A DNA stretch of 64,000 nt from Catajapyx aquilonaris (lineage: Eukaryota), in contig KZ538091.1 in the NCBI GenBank assembly GCA_000934665.2, positions 62,001 to 126,000 of the forward strand. Reading direction: 5' to 3'. Below the pieces are notes generated by a model. The model saw only the letters and a program-made list of their open reading frames with translations, was not told the DNA's origin and did no database searches. A program made the position numbers and the translations under genes. Below are positions 1 to 12,400 of this stretch, piece after piece (the first letter of the stretch is position 1; every line of letters starts with the position of its first letter).

Positions 1-330
1 CTTCCAGTCCTGCCTTTACATCCTGCATATTTTTGCAGGCTATGTGTTGCATAAAAATGGGTCAGGATAGCTGCAAAAAAAAGCTGCTTGCAAAAAAAAT
101 GAACAAATGCAAATTGCCAATTTGTGGAAATGCGCATGGTTTTGACAATGGCATGGTTTTTTTTTTAAATCGTCCCCCTCCCCCTAGTTGATATCTTTTT
201 CGGTATAAAGTTTGACAAACTAGACAATGAATCTTCCGACTTGGGCAGTCAACAGTCTCACAAAACAACGAGGAAAAAAAAAAACAACTTTGCTAAGTGC
301 AGAGATCACTCGTCACTCACACACAGGTCA

Positions 331-404
331 CTAATGGAAGCCAGATTTGCCTTTACCGTTGTGGAACACCCTCAGAGGAGTGTAGGTCCCGTTGACCAAT
401 GGAG
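331..404 (-). CDS. MFSD6: MFSD6-like terminal coding exon (TPLVNGTYTPLRVFHNGKGKSGFH*)
   Basis: Acceptor TAATTTATAG, phase 1, TAG stop at 333-331. The tail resembles the NGxYxPLRVYHN C-terminus I recall from insect CG31663-type proteins. Confidence 0.8.
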
Positions 405-3400
405 CTATAAATTAATAGGAAAAAAATATTAGATAAGTCACAGTTAATTACACTAGTGTGCAAGACCCGTGCGATACATGCATAACACATGCTACACATA
501 AAAATAGCAACTCACTTGCCTTTTCAACAAGCGTGCAGGCCACCAACACGCTTTTACCCTCTCTTCATATCTGAAGTTAAAACCCAAAATTCGTAACCAA
601 AATTGGGCCTACTTGTAACCCCCCAAAAATAAGAGCCCTCCACCTCTATTATTTCTTGGACAGGAAAAAAAAGACACTCACTTTCTCCATATGTCTCCAA
701 GTGTCTGGTGCGTCTGCAGCCTTGCAGTCTGATGCAGGTGTAGTACAGAAAGAGATAGACGGTGGCCAGTATGGCTGACACAGCTGCGGCCATTTTGTAC
801 ACCTGCATCTGACCGAATAGTGGGATGGTCGTCATTGCCGTCGCTGCGCCTATTCCTCGTCCTGTAATATGAGAAAACATGTCGACATCCGGATTTTTGT
901 ATACGAAAAACGGATGATCTTTCCTACGCGGCGAAGTGGCGCGTCCACCCCCGACTCCTACCACTTCGTCGCGTAGGAAAGATCAGCCTCAAATATGTTG
1001 TACTGTACCTAGAGAGAAGTGGCAGATGGTGGCCAGGGACTGACCAGTGGCCAGCAATGCCCTGGGGGTTAGATGGTACATGTAGAGAGATGCTGTGGCC
1101 CACATGAGCGTGAGGGTGAACACTTCCATCACCTCCATGATTAGACACAACCAAGGGTTCTCCAGGTACGCGTACCCTGCAGAACAAAATTTTTTTGAAA
1201 TAAATTCATTGTGAGTTTCAAACAGATTCTTAAATGCATACCGCTGAATCTGAGAATGTAGAATATAAAGGCAATGATGAGAAGATTAGCATATCCACAG
1301 TAGTCGACCACTCGTTCTACTCTCCACATGAACAGAAGCGCAGGTAACATTCCGACGCTCAGGGTCAGCCCAAGAAGAAGTTTGGACGCCTTCAGGTGCA
1401 AAAGATGCCTGGAAAAAAAGGGAGACAGACCAGCATGGATTACAATGTCTCATATAGCAAGAGCAGGTGTTGTCCAAGGGCGCACCTGGACATTCTTATC
1501 CCCCTCTCACCTGCCCAACAACATCTGTCCAAACATGCCAGGATTTTCTCTCAAGGCCGAAAACCTTACTGGATTTTTTTTTTTTCGGGGGGGAGGTCCA
1601 CTAGATTCTCCCTTCCATGTAACTGCTCCGAAAAAAAGCAAGTTTCGGACATTTCCTCGGAAGTTATTACTGACCGAGCGCTCTCAGGGGATCATCCTCG
1701 TAATAGAGAGCCTGCTGTCGACGCAGCCCAAGGGGAAAAGAATCGCAATTCTACACATCAGTCTGATGTATTTACTTTCTTCACAACCTCTGCAATCTGC
1801 GGTTGCTGCAGGTTAACAATGTTGCCAAAAAATTGAAGTACGTACCGACGCAACTACATATCATAACTGTTTATCATCAGAGCATGAAAACGCGATTATA
1901 CAGGCCAAGTATCGCCTTGGAGCAGCCTCCTTCATTATGATATCACGAACCCGGTATTAATATATCGCCTTATAACTCTGTGAGCTTAGCCTCCCCCCNN
2001 NNNNNNNNNNNNNNNNNNNNNNNNNNNNNNNNNNNNNNNNNNNNNNNNNNNNNNNNNNNNNNNNNNNNNNNNNNNNNNNNNNNNNNNNNNNNNNNNNNNN
2101 NNNNNNNNNNNNNNNNNNNNNNNNNNNNNNNNNNNNNNNNNNNNNNNNNNNNNNNNNNNNNNNNNNNNNNNNNNNNNNNNNNNNNNNNNNNNNNNNNNNN
2201 NNNNNNNNNNNNNNNNNNNNNNNNNNNNNNNNNNNNNNNNNNNNNNNNNNNNNNNNNNNNNNNNNNNNNNNNNNNNNNNNNNNNNNNNNNNNNNNNNNNN
2301 NNNNNNNNNNNNNNNNNNNNNCCCCCCCCCCCCCCCATCAAGGTAAAAACTGAATGAATGATTAAATATTCATGTTAACACATACTGTACACTATCCATC
2401 ACGCTGCTTTATCTATTGGGAAACTCATTTTAGTGCAATTTTTTTTTTGTACATCAGTTGTAATGATTTCCTAAATTGCCAACAATTTCACTCCATATTG
2501 ATTACGTTGGTGCTTGGGACTTTACTTTTCGGTTACCCCCCACCAATCACGACACTCTTCGGTGGGACGTACCCTGCCATCAATGTTGCAAGAGCTCTTC
2601 TTGCTCCTCGCGAATAATTCAATGCGCCGACAGCTGCACATTTCCTCCAGCAACTTACTGCCAATGCATATGTTGCAACCAAGGGGGGGCTAGGTTACAA
2701 GTGGAAGTGGCACAAACCTTTTCCTCTATAGCTCCACCTTTTTCTCTCTCTCTTTCTCTTCCAGTTCCTAATTCGCATTCAGAAGCGGGTGCGCCCAGGC
2801 CATAAATCTACATCCGAGGTGAGTCCGAAAGAGGGACGGAAAAGAAAACCTTCTCGCTCAAAAGTCAGGCAGGTGGTGTTGCATGATGGTGCACGACCTG
2901 AACCCTCGATGGCCTCTTGTTCTTTTTTCCGTCCACACGTCCACACAAACCTCATTTTACAGGATTTTCAGGAATCAGCAGGATTTTTTTTTTTTTCTCC
3001 TAGGGAGGTCGACAGTGGCAAAGAGTAAAAATGGCCATCATTTTTTGAGTTCGGATTTACAGATGGTAAAATGGGGTCCAGAGCGCGGGTGGAATAATGT
3101 GAAGGTTGCCAACCTGTAGCTTGAGAAGTTTTTTTTTTTTTTNNNNNNNGGGGTGGTGGGGGGGGGAAGAAAAATCTGATTTTTGCATGCTGAAATAACG
3201 GGATGAATGCAGGATATGTGCTAGGTTTGAATTTTTAAGGACGTGTTTAAAAAAAAGGTGCTGAATATAAAATAATATAAATTACTAGTTTTCCCTTCAC
3301 CCCACCAGAGGCGCTGCTTAAACCCCTTGCGCATGCGTAGAACGCGGGCCAATAGTACGAGTCGCGGCCACAATATGAGCCGGACCAATCAGAGGACTCG

Positions 3401-6400
3401 GTCAAACCACACGAATAGTATTTTTAATATTATAGATTTCGATTATTAATATGACGATTCCAGGATAAATTGGGTGAATGTGCTCGGGTTGCGTAATAAA
3501 ATCATTGCAGAAGCGGATATTTGGATTTAATTACATTATAATGATGATTTTGCGATTAGGCAGCAACCCTGACATGGTTCACTAAAATACGACAATGGAA
3601 AATGCAACATGGTACAGTATGCATCGTGTCATATATCAGCTGTCAGTGCATGAATGATCTCACTTTCACAGCGTTTAGTGCCTGTCAAAATATTTTAAAA
3701 ACTCACACACCTGGAGTTTTCCAGACATTAAAAAAAAATTTGAAATAATATCAACTCCTGCTTGTCAGTTTCACATTATTAGAAAAATGTTACGAATGTG
3801 GCATTTCAACATGAAATGTCTACCGAACTGAATCGAGCGTGTTAAAAATAATAGTCAACATTTCTCATTTGGGCTAAGTATAATCAGCTGGGACAGGATG
3901 GAATTAAAGTAGTAAAGAAATGCCACAATTAATTATACAATACATAAGCCGATTCCAGCTTACGGAGTCAAACAACCGCTTAATTCCTATTTGAGTAAGG
4001 AATATTTCGCCTTGTCTCGTTAAACTGCTACCATATGCGTGTGTCTGCTCTATCTAATACCATTCAACAATGTAGCCATATTTCAAGAAATACTGGGAAC
4101 ATGGACGTGATTTCGTAATGAATACGGTTGTATAAAAGGGGGGGTCGACTGGGGAGGGAAAAAATGCACGCTTATTACAAGGTCGGATGTCACCATTCAA
4201 AGCAACGACTTCCCACTGGAAACATAAAAGTCCGCCTACCCATTTCCAAGACGTCCATGACAAAAGCGCCAGCGGGAGACGTGATTTTAGACTCGAAAGC
4301 GAAAGGCAATAACACTAAATGAACCATACGATACCAGAGTTTCCTAACCGACGTAAAGTTTTTACCAGCATTAGTGTACAGGGTGGTCCATTGTCACTTA
4401 TTCAAGCTTTTTTTTACATATAATTCCAGTGTTTCCACAGTTCAACCTAAGTCTGAATGTTCAGTACAGTGTACTGGTGGCGATACAAGCCGATGGCAGG
4501 CAGCAAAAGAGCGAATCAAAATTTGTCCTCTGGATGATCAATTGATTTATCACATGAAGGTACGGAGGACAAATTTCGATTATCTCTTTTGCCGTCTATA
4601 CGTCTAGTGTACCAGTTTCATCTATATGAAAGAACATGTGTAATTGATATGATACTTGCAGTACACTCACGAAAATTAATTACACATTGCAGGCCGGATA
4701 ATAGAGAAGCTTTTATGCGCACATTGAATGCAGTGGCATGCTGCATTTTTTTTGAAACACACAAAGTCCACTGCATTGCTCATTACCTTCATCTGCAATT
4801 CAATGCTTGTAACTATTTTTGCTGCCGGAACTAGGCCGGTTACAATCGATTACGACACTGGAGCCGCTCGGATGTTCATTTTTTCCAGCTTTGATCATCT
4901 CAGCATATTGCACATGCTTAGGTCTGCGATGGAATTATTGGTTTTGTACACGTTTGAAATTCTGTACTTTGTCTGCCATTTTTGAAAGTTGGAATCAAGC
5001 ACCTTTTTAGTTGAGGCGGAATAAATCGTTGCGCAGTTGTGCTCTAAATTGTCGAATTTCATACTGCTTGCACACAATATTATTCTATGGCTATTTATGT
5101 TTCGCTTGGTGCTGCAATGCAGTTATGTTTTATAAGCTGCCACCCTTTTGTTGTATAGTTAAGCACTTTACAAAGTTACAGTAACTAGGTCATAAATATA
5201 TGATTACAGCGATATACTGCGCTTCCCACGCATACAGTAACGTATCCGCATCATCCTTTTGATGTTCAAAACTTGCATTTGAAGTACTTATGATAATTAA
5301 AATAACCATAACCCTGTGTGTATAACACGGCAACATCGCATCGCGGCTCCAAAATATATATAGCTACATTCAACCGCAACTTTCTCTCCAACATTTCAAC
5401 CAACATTGCTTTCAAATATATTATGCACAGGTCTCAATTACGCCATGCCAAGCATAATAATTAATAAGTTTCCGGTTATAATTTGCGCTAATTACAAATT
5501 TGGACAAAATAATTGCTGCCGCATAGTTGCAATCAATTTAAATATTTCACTTATTGTTATTATTATGATGATGATGATGATAGCGACTGAGGAGATCCTG
5601 CACCCATTGCGCATGCGCGGAATTGGCCCAATCGGAAGCGTCGCGGTAACAATAGGCAGCGGGCCAATCAGAAGGCATACATTTATACAACATGAACATG
5701 ATTTTTAATATTATAGATTATTACTATTGTTGTCGCCGTCTTTGTTCCCGCGATCGGCTTGTGGCCTCTTGGGCTACACATTATTGTTGCATATCTTCCA
5801 ACTGGTGCAAGACTTTTCTAACACCCAAGTGTACGAGTCTAAAACTTTTTTTTGTGTGTGTGTCTCCGGATTCAATAAAAGTTTCGCTAAGTGAAACCCC
5901 CCCGCATACAAGAGGGTGTGGGTGGTGATGGGTGAGAAATCAACAGATTTCCTTCCTCCCTGACAATCCTTCCCCGTCATTCCATTATCATGGGGCATGA
6001 CGAATGAGGGGTTGGGTCCCTGGCACCCCCCCCCCCCCCCNNNNNNNCCCCCCCCCCCCGTCTTTTTTCCTGGCAGGGGGTGCTGCCTCTCGGAATCAGA
6101 TGGGACAAGGCAACGACGAGGAAAAGAGAAAAAAGAAGAAGGAAAGCACAGGAAGAAGAAGCAGCTCTTCATTTTTACGCCTTTCGCCTTCCGCCTCTCA
6201 AAGGATTTTTGCTAGTATAGGAAAGGTGGCTGAAAAATGACGCACACCCAAACCCAATACCCGTACAGCCCAAAAAAAAGTATGGAATGAACGAAGGTAT
6301 AGAAGAAACGAAAAAAAAAAAGAAATCCCTCTTGAGACCTCCCAAGCCATTTCCACGTCTCAGAAAAGAATGTTCGAAAATATGGCGCGGCTCAGTTCCA

Positions 6401-9400
6401 AAGGGAGATAAAGTTGGTCACTTCTTGTTCCCTGTGCTGACTCGGCACAATTTCAGGCTGGAGATGGAAGCTATTAACGGTGAACCTAGTGCCCAGATCC
6501 CCTAGACACACATCCACAATAACATTAAACCTTTGGTCAGCCCCAGCAGTCATCAATCTGGCAGCCACAGTCTCACCGGATGCATACGAAAAGGAGATAT
6601 ACGAAGCCCCTCCAAAAACAAGCCAGGATTAAAACCCGGATTTAAGTGGAATGGCACCGGATTTGGTGAGATTGGCATCTGGACTTTGGAGGAGCAATTG
6701 ACGCCAATCTCCTCACTTTGTTACTCTTCATCAGACAGCTCTTTTATCAGCCAGCATCGTTTTCCCTTGAGCGAACTCCTGATTTGAAAGCACTTGGCAC
6801 CTGTTGGCCAACTTCGTACTTACCAGGGAGCTGTGTCGTCCAGCAGTCCATGGAGGCTTCCAAGCAGCACCAGAATAAGGAAGAGCATCAGCACCTCTCC
6901 GCAGCACATCAGACGAGCCAAGGAGCTTCCTAATGACCTGGCTCTCCATTCCGGATGCAGTGGCAAGGCGGCGGTGATCATGGATGCCATCAGAAGCAGG
7001 CCAGCTAGCCCCAGGAAGCAGAGGGCAAAGGGCAGACCCAGATAGGGCACGTCCAGTAGGCTCGAATCCAGAAGGTATCCGACCAAAGGTGCGAAGGTGC
7101 CAAGTCCAACACTGCCCCAGAGCAGCTCCTTTCCGAGGTCACCCTTGTACTCGTGGGTCATGCTCAGTACTGCGCTGACCAACAGGGCCGTCGAAGCCAC
7201 GGCCATCGTCTCTCCTATGGTCCGGAACATCAGGTAAGTCCAGAAAGTCCAGTCGGTGCTGCCGTACCCTTCGTAGCACTCCACGTGCTCCAGGACAGCC
7301 CCTGGAGAGTACGGGTCGCGTATGTTGCATCGTACCCAACAACCCGGAGGCAACGGACGGCACTTTAGGTTCATGAACAGACGGTTCGCCTTGCTGGTCG
7401 TCAGTGTCACCAGCGGGTACAGGCACTGCGTTTCTGCAAATGGAGACAATAATATTAATAATTAATCTTCCTCTATATATACGTATAAAAGGCAAAGTTT
7501 GTTTGTCCATGTTCATGACAGCATAAAACAATCCATGGAAACAGGCCGTGCGAAACACAGCGAGGTCTTTTAACAACTGATAAAATTCAACCTGCACAAG
7601 GCAACCCTCTGGCGGCGTGCAACCCAACTAAGTGAAGTGGCACAGTCACAGTGCCCCCGTCACCAAATAGTGTAATTATTTAAATAAATAAAGGAACAGG
7701 ACTAACACAGCCAGGACTCATCTAAACTTTCACCAAGTTGATAAAAGTTCTACAGAACCGGAGATTGAACTCGGGACCTCGAAGGTGCCATATATAACCA
7801 TGGCCTATAAACAAGTACGCCACTTTGCACGCGCAATAATTGAATTTGCATAATTTTCCATCTCTCCAAGACGGTCTTGGCTACATCCAGACAGATACTT
7901 TAATCAAACTGCCGGGCAATTAATGAGATACGTGCGAGGCATTGCAGTTCCTCTCGCTCTATAGATGTCTATCCGGGACTAATTGTCTGCTCCGTTGGGA
8001 TTCGCAGATAATCACTCGCACCAGATTATATAGAGTCATATCGACGGAGACGACGACGACGACGAGAGCCTGGGTGCTGGCTGCGGCATTGTACGAAAAT
8101 GCGATAATACTAAAACCCTGCTGGGAACCGGAGCAAGAAACGAGCCTTTGGGAGAAAGTCCTGAGCATTTGCATGGTACAAGATCAGAGGAGGAAACGTC
8201 TGTGAAGCAGCAGCAGCAGCAGCAGAGGAGTGTTCCAGTCAAAGTAACTCAACGAGTGGAGAGGGAGAGAAACTGCGAAATCTGTTTGCGATTCAACCAA
8301 GCACTGCCTTTCAAATGCCCGACCCAATAAAAGCTGGTAGCTAATAAGGCCCTCTCTCATCGCATCATTTCCAAAGAATGGGCTCGGAAAATTTGGCGAA
8401 TATTTTATTAACAGCTAATGGTGCTCTTCAATCGTAGAAGTGAGAAGTATAGCTATTGCAACTCAGCCTGGTTCATTCAATCCTATATAAAGATTCATAA
8501 TGAGCCAGCAAGTCAGTATTTTTTTGTAGGTCCCACCCTCTCTGACCGCTATCTAATTGTTGAACGGGTAAAGTGAAATTCTATGGTATAGGCGATGACA
8601 CGTGTACATATAACCAGACGGAGAGAATAAGCATTTTAGAAGAAAGATATCAGGACGCTTTTATTTTTGCTATTAAGAGCTGCTAGTGGAACAGTGATTG
8701 CTCTTTTCAACTGCTATTCGCTCTATTTCCCCCCAAGGCAGTTTGGCCTCAATTTATTATCAATTCAAAGAACGTTGCTGGAAATCCGGCCACGCATTGC
8801 GTCGCTATTGGCACCGGGATTTGCCTTTGTTTCAATCCGGAGTAGTGTTCCGGAGAAGAAAGGGGGGGGGGGGGGGTCCCTTGGACTTCTTATCACAAGG
8901 GTATAGTATATAGAAGGGGAGTCCGGGAAATGAACCAGAAGACGCGGATAAATCATTCTGATGGTGGGCTCTGGAAGCGACGAAATTGGACTCGCAACTT
9001 TTCATCGCGAGGGCGAGTTGCTGGCGAAAAAGGTGAGTGAAGTTCCAAATCGACCCATCTTCGATCTTTCTGCTGCTGACTCGTAATTTCCGGGACTGAT
9101 ATTTCTTTCTTTTTTTTTATCGCGCGCGCGCGCAAAAAAAAAATCAAATTTCCTTACCGGATCATTTTCCATGAGTTTCACCTGATTCTTTTCCGTACAT
9201 ATAGTCACGATTGGCGATAGCAATCAGAGCAAGGGATGTTTCTCGAAATGAAATTCACGCATCACGGTCCACCACAATTTGGGGAGAATTCGCACGCGAA
9301 TGGTTTTCTCCCACACAGAAATCCCCCCACCCCCCTCCCTCACGAGAGATCGATCAAGTTGAGAAAACAGCAAATAATTCACAGGAGAAAATTACAAGCC

Positions 9401-12400
9401 AGGTTGCCCACAAGCAACCAAATTATTGAAAAGCTACTCCCGTGTTTACCTCCGCAAAATTACATTAAGGCTCGGTGGTTCCCAACCTTTTAGTGTCGGC
9501 AACCCAACCAAAAATTTTGGTCACGTCCACGGAACGGACTTCCCAAATTAACTTTTCAAAAAATATGGGGGGGGGGGGGGAAATAACTTTTCTTCTTTTG
9601 TATTCATCGTACCTGTGACGACATGCCTGGCTAGAGCGCTTCTGAATGACATGTGTCCAGTGTAGTTGGTGTACACTTTACACTCGGAGAATCCGTCAGC
9701 TTCGAAGCAAAAATGCGGTGCCTGATGTGGAAGCCAGCTTGGAGGTGAAAGGTCAACCTCAGGGTGAAGGTCAGGTCGCAACTCGTCTTCGTCTCCACTT
9801 CCACCCTCGGGGAAGTCATCTTCAAAAAGGTCTTCTTCCTCCATCTCTTCATCCCGCCGCTTCCTTTTCTTCCGTCGAACAATGGGCACTTCCTCATCCG
9901 GAAAGCCGTCCCTGGAAGACGCCTCCACCGACGGGTACGGATGCCAGCATTCATACCGGCAACCGATTAGGGTGAAGTCGCCCGAATGACCGTCAGGACT
10001 CTGGAAAATAAAAGAGGTGGAACAATCGACGTGAATGGACCGCCCCACAATAAAAAATGGGGAACAGAAACTTCAATATGGAGCTCAGGAATATTGGGTG
10101 CCAAGTCTCGCAAAGGAGAATAGGCTTTTCACTATGAATACAATGCAGCTGGCGAAGAATGTGAGATCAAAAGTAGAGAGTAATTAACTCTTGCAAGTAC
10201 CTGAAACTATCCACACTGTACTAACTAGAGCTTCTCATGATTAGCTATTCATATAGCTTGGCGAGAAAAGTTCAGGTGGAAATTGTACTGTAAAATGGTG
10301 CAAGCCCCACTGATTGAATGCAAAGGCATACGAGATCAAGTGTGGTCCTTCACATTAAAATAGCNNCCCCCCCCCCCCCCCCCAAACTGTAGTGTATACT
10401 TATAGCGTATAACCGGATGTTGTACTCTGCGGGGTGAATTGATATAAGGGCCATTTGTCAGGTGGAAAAGGTAACAGGAGGGTTGATGATGGTCGGATGT
10501 AATGGAGGGCATCAGGCAGTTTATAAGGGCGAAAAGCTTTCGGCTGCATTTTAGGCCCAGGACGCCCTTTTACAAAAGCTACAGCAGGCGAAAAGGAAAG
10601 AAAAAAAAGTAACAAATTGCACCAGGCAGTGGTGAGGAACCCCTGCTGGTTTTATGTCCTTTTGTGCTGGGCCAGTGGCAAAGGGTAGTACATTAAAGAA
10701 AGAGATAACGTCGCTTATTGTGCATCAAAATGTACCGCAATAAATCTACCTACATGTTAGCCCAAAACATGTTTACAAATATGGAACTTGCAATGAATAG
10801 ATCTGAATGAGCGTCCCAGTTTCAAAATGTAAAAACTCAAAAATTTCAAAACCATTTCATGTCCTCCACACAGCTTTGCCCACTAATTCTAAAACCGAGA
10901 GCATGTTTTATTCCAGTACTTTGACCTGGATTCTTCCACTAGTAAAAGGCGTAACATTAGGCCGGGTCTATTCACAATATCGATCCTCCCCACTTTCTCA
11001 GTGTATATACAGTAACGGGTTCGCATAGATGTTAATCCGGTATAAAGGGCCTATGACATCTTGTTAAATAAATTATTGAAGCCCTTGCAATTTCTAAAGC
11101 CTTTACAACTCAGGAATTCCCGGTTGCTGGTACCTGAATTATTTCTGGTGCATTGCACCATGCATGAACATTTGCGATATGTCAGTGTGGGTGGAGACGA
11201 AAAAAATTATATAGAGTACTTATATGCCATTATTTGCTAAGTTAAAAGATTCGGCGTAATATTAAAATCCTATTCATGTTGTGTGGTTATGCCTTCTGAT
11301 TGGTCCGCCGTGTTAATACGACGCTTCCGATAGGCCCCCACTCTGCGCAGGCGCAATGGGGGTGGATGCAGCGCCTCCAGTGGTTGGCAGGAGGAACTAT
11401 CTATTCGTTCGCTGTCGGATGGAATGTCTACATCGCTCCCTTTCCATGCGATGGTTTTTCTAGTGTCAGTTATAAAAAAAATATGTACATATTTTTACAA
11501 TGGTGGTAAAACCAGTATAGGAATTGGCCAAGACTCTGGTAATATCCATGGATCGAATATTTCCCTTATCTTCCAGTGATTCTTATGGCCAAAAATGCAA
11601 CGCCCTATAGGTTTAACATGGCTAAGGGCCCTTCTCAGTGAATGATACTCCTCCAAAATTGATGGATAAAGTTACAAATCGGAAGCTCGATGGCTGGCAA
11701 AACGGCTGATAGAGACACTGAGAACGACCCAGGCCACACTGGGTGTTGGGGAGAGAAGAGCTGGGAAGGGGAAAGGCACGACCAACGTATCTCCTGGGAG
11801 TGTCAAAAGTGAACAAAGACTGGCAAGGTAATGGCCCATCGTCGTGATGGCAGAGAGAGAGAGAGAGAGAGAAGACCCTATACCTCCCCCTCCTCTCTTC
11901 TATGATCGGGGGGCCATCAAGAAGAGCCTGAGCTGCAACCAGGAATCTTCTCCAAAAGATGGATGGAGTACCTCGGGAGGAAGCTCACTAACCACGTTAC
12001 GGTTTTGATGGGATTTATTGAGGGGATCCGACAGCGTTGCCGTCTAATGTTGAAAGCTACCAGAGATACTGTACATGTCGTACAGGGTGGCCCAAAACTA
12101 CATAGTTATCCTAATAGGCTTATTCTCTCGATACGATGTTTGATCACCTGTGGCAGGAGTGTGCAAAGGAAGTATGCGCCATCTATGCGGGAATAATACT
12201 ACTACATGGTAAATCTGCGGGCAATTCTGTCATACTAAATTTTGGCAATATGTTTATTACAAAACATCAGTTATAAAGAGACTGTGAATTTGGGGAGTGG
12301 ACCACCCTGTTCATATTATATGTATCGACCTTTTTCTCCCCCTAGCATGTGGTAGAAGCGGCTCTGACGTTGACATAATGCATGTTGTCACCTACTCCAA

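Noticed and set aside
1970..2357. ORFs spanning the N gap, and poly-G/C runs beside gaps
   Set aside because: Assembly artefacts; run lengths are unreliable. Exon 4 and 5 phases join without needing an exon in the gap.
7757..7810. tRNA B-box-like GAGTTCAATCTCC on the minus strand (similar at ~50468)
   Set aside because: No cloverleaf or clear A-box; at most a SINE remnant, too weak to call.
8049..8225. (GAC)n and (CAG)n runs suggesting poly-amino-acid coding
   Set aside because: Short intronic microsatellites; exons 3 and 4 splice in phase without them.
6794..9975. Antisense and off-frame ORFs overlapping exons 3 and 4
   Set aside because: Shadow ORFs of GC-rich coding exons.
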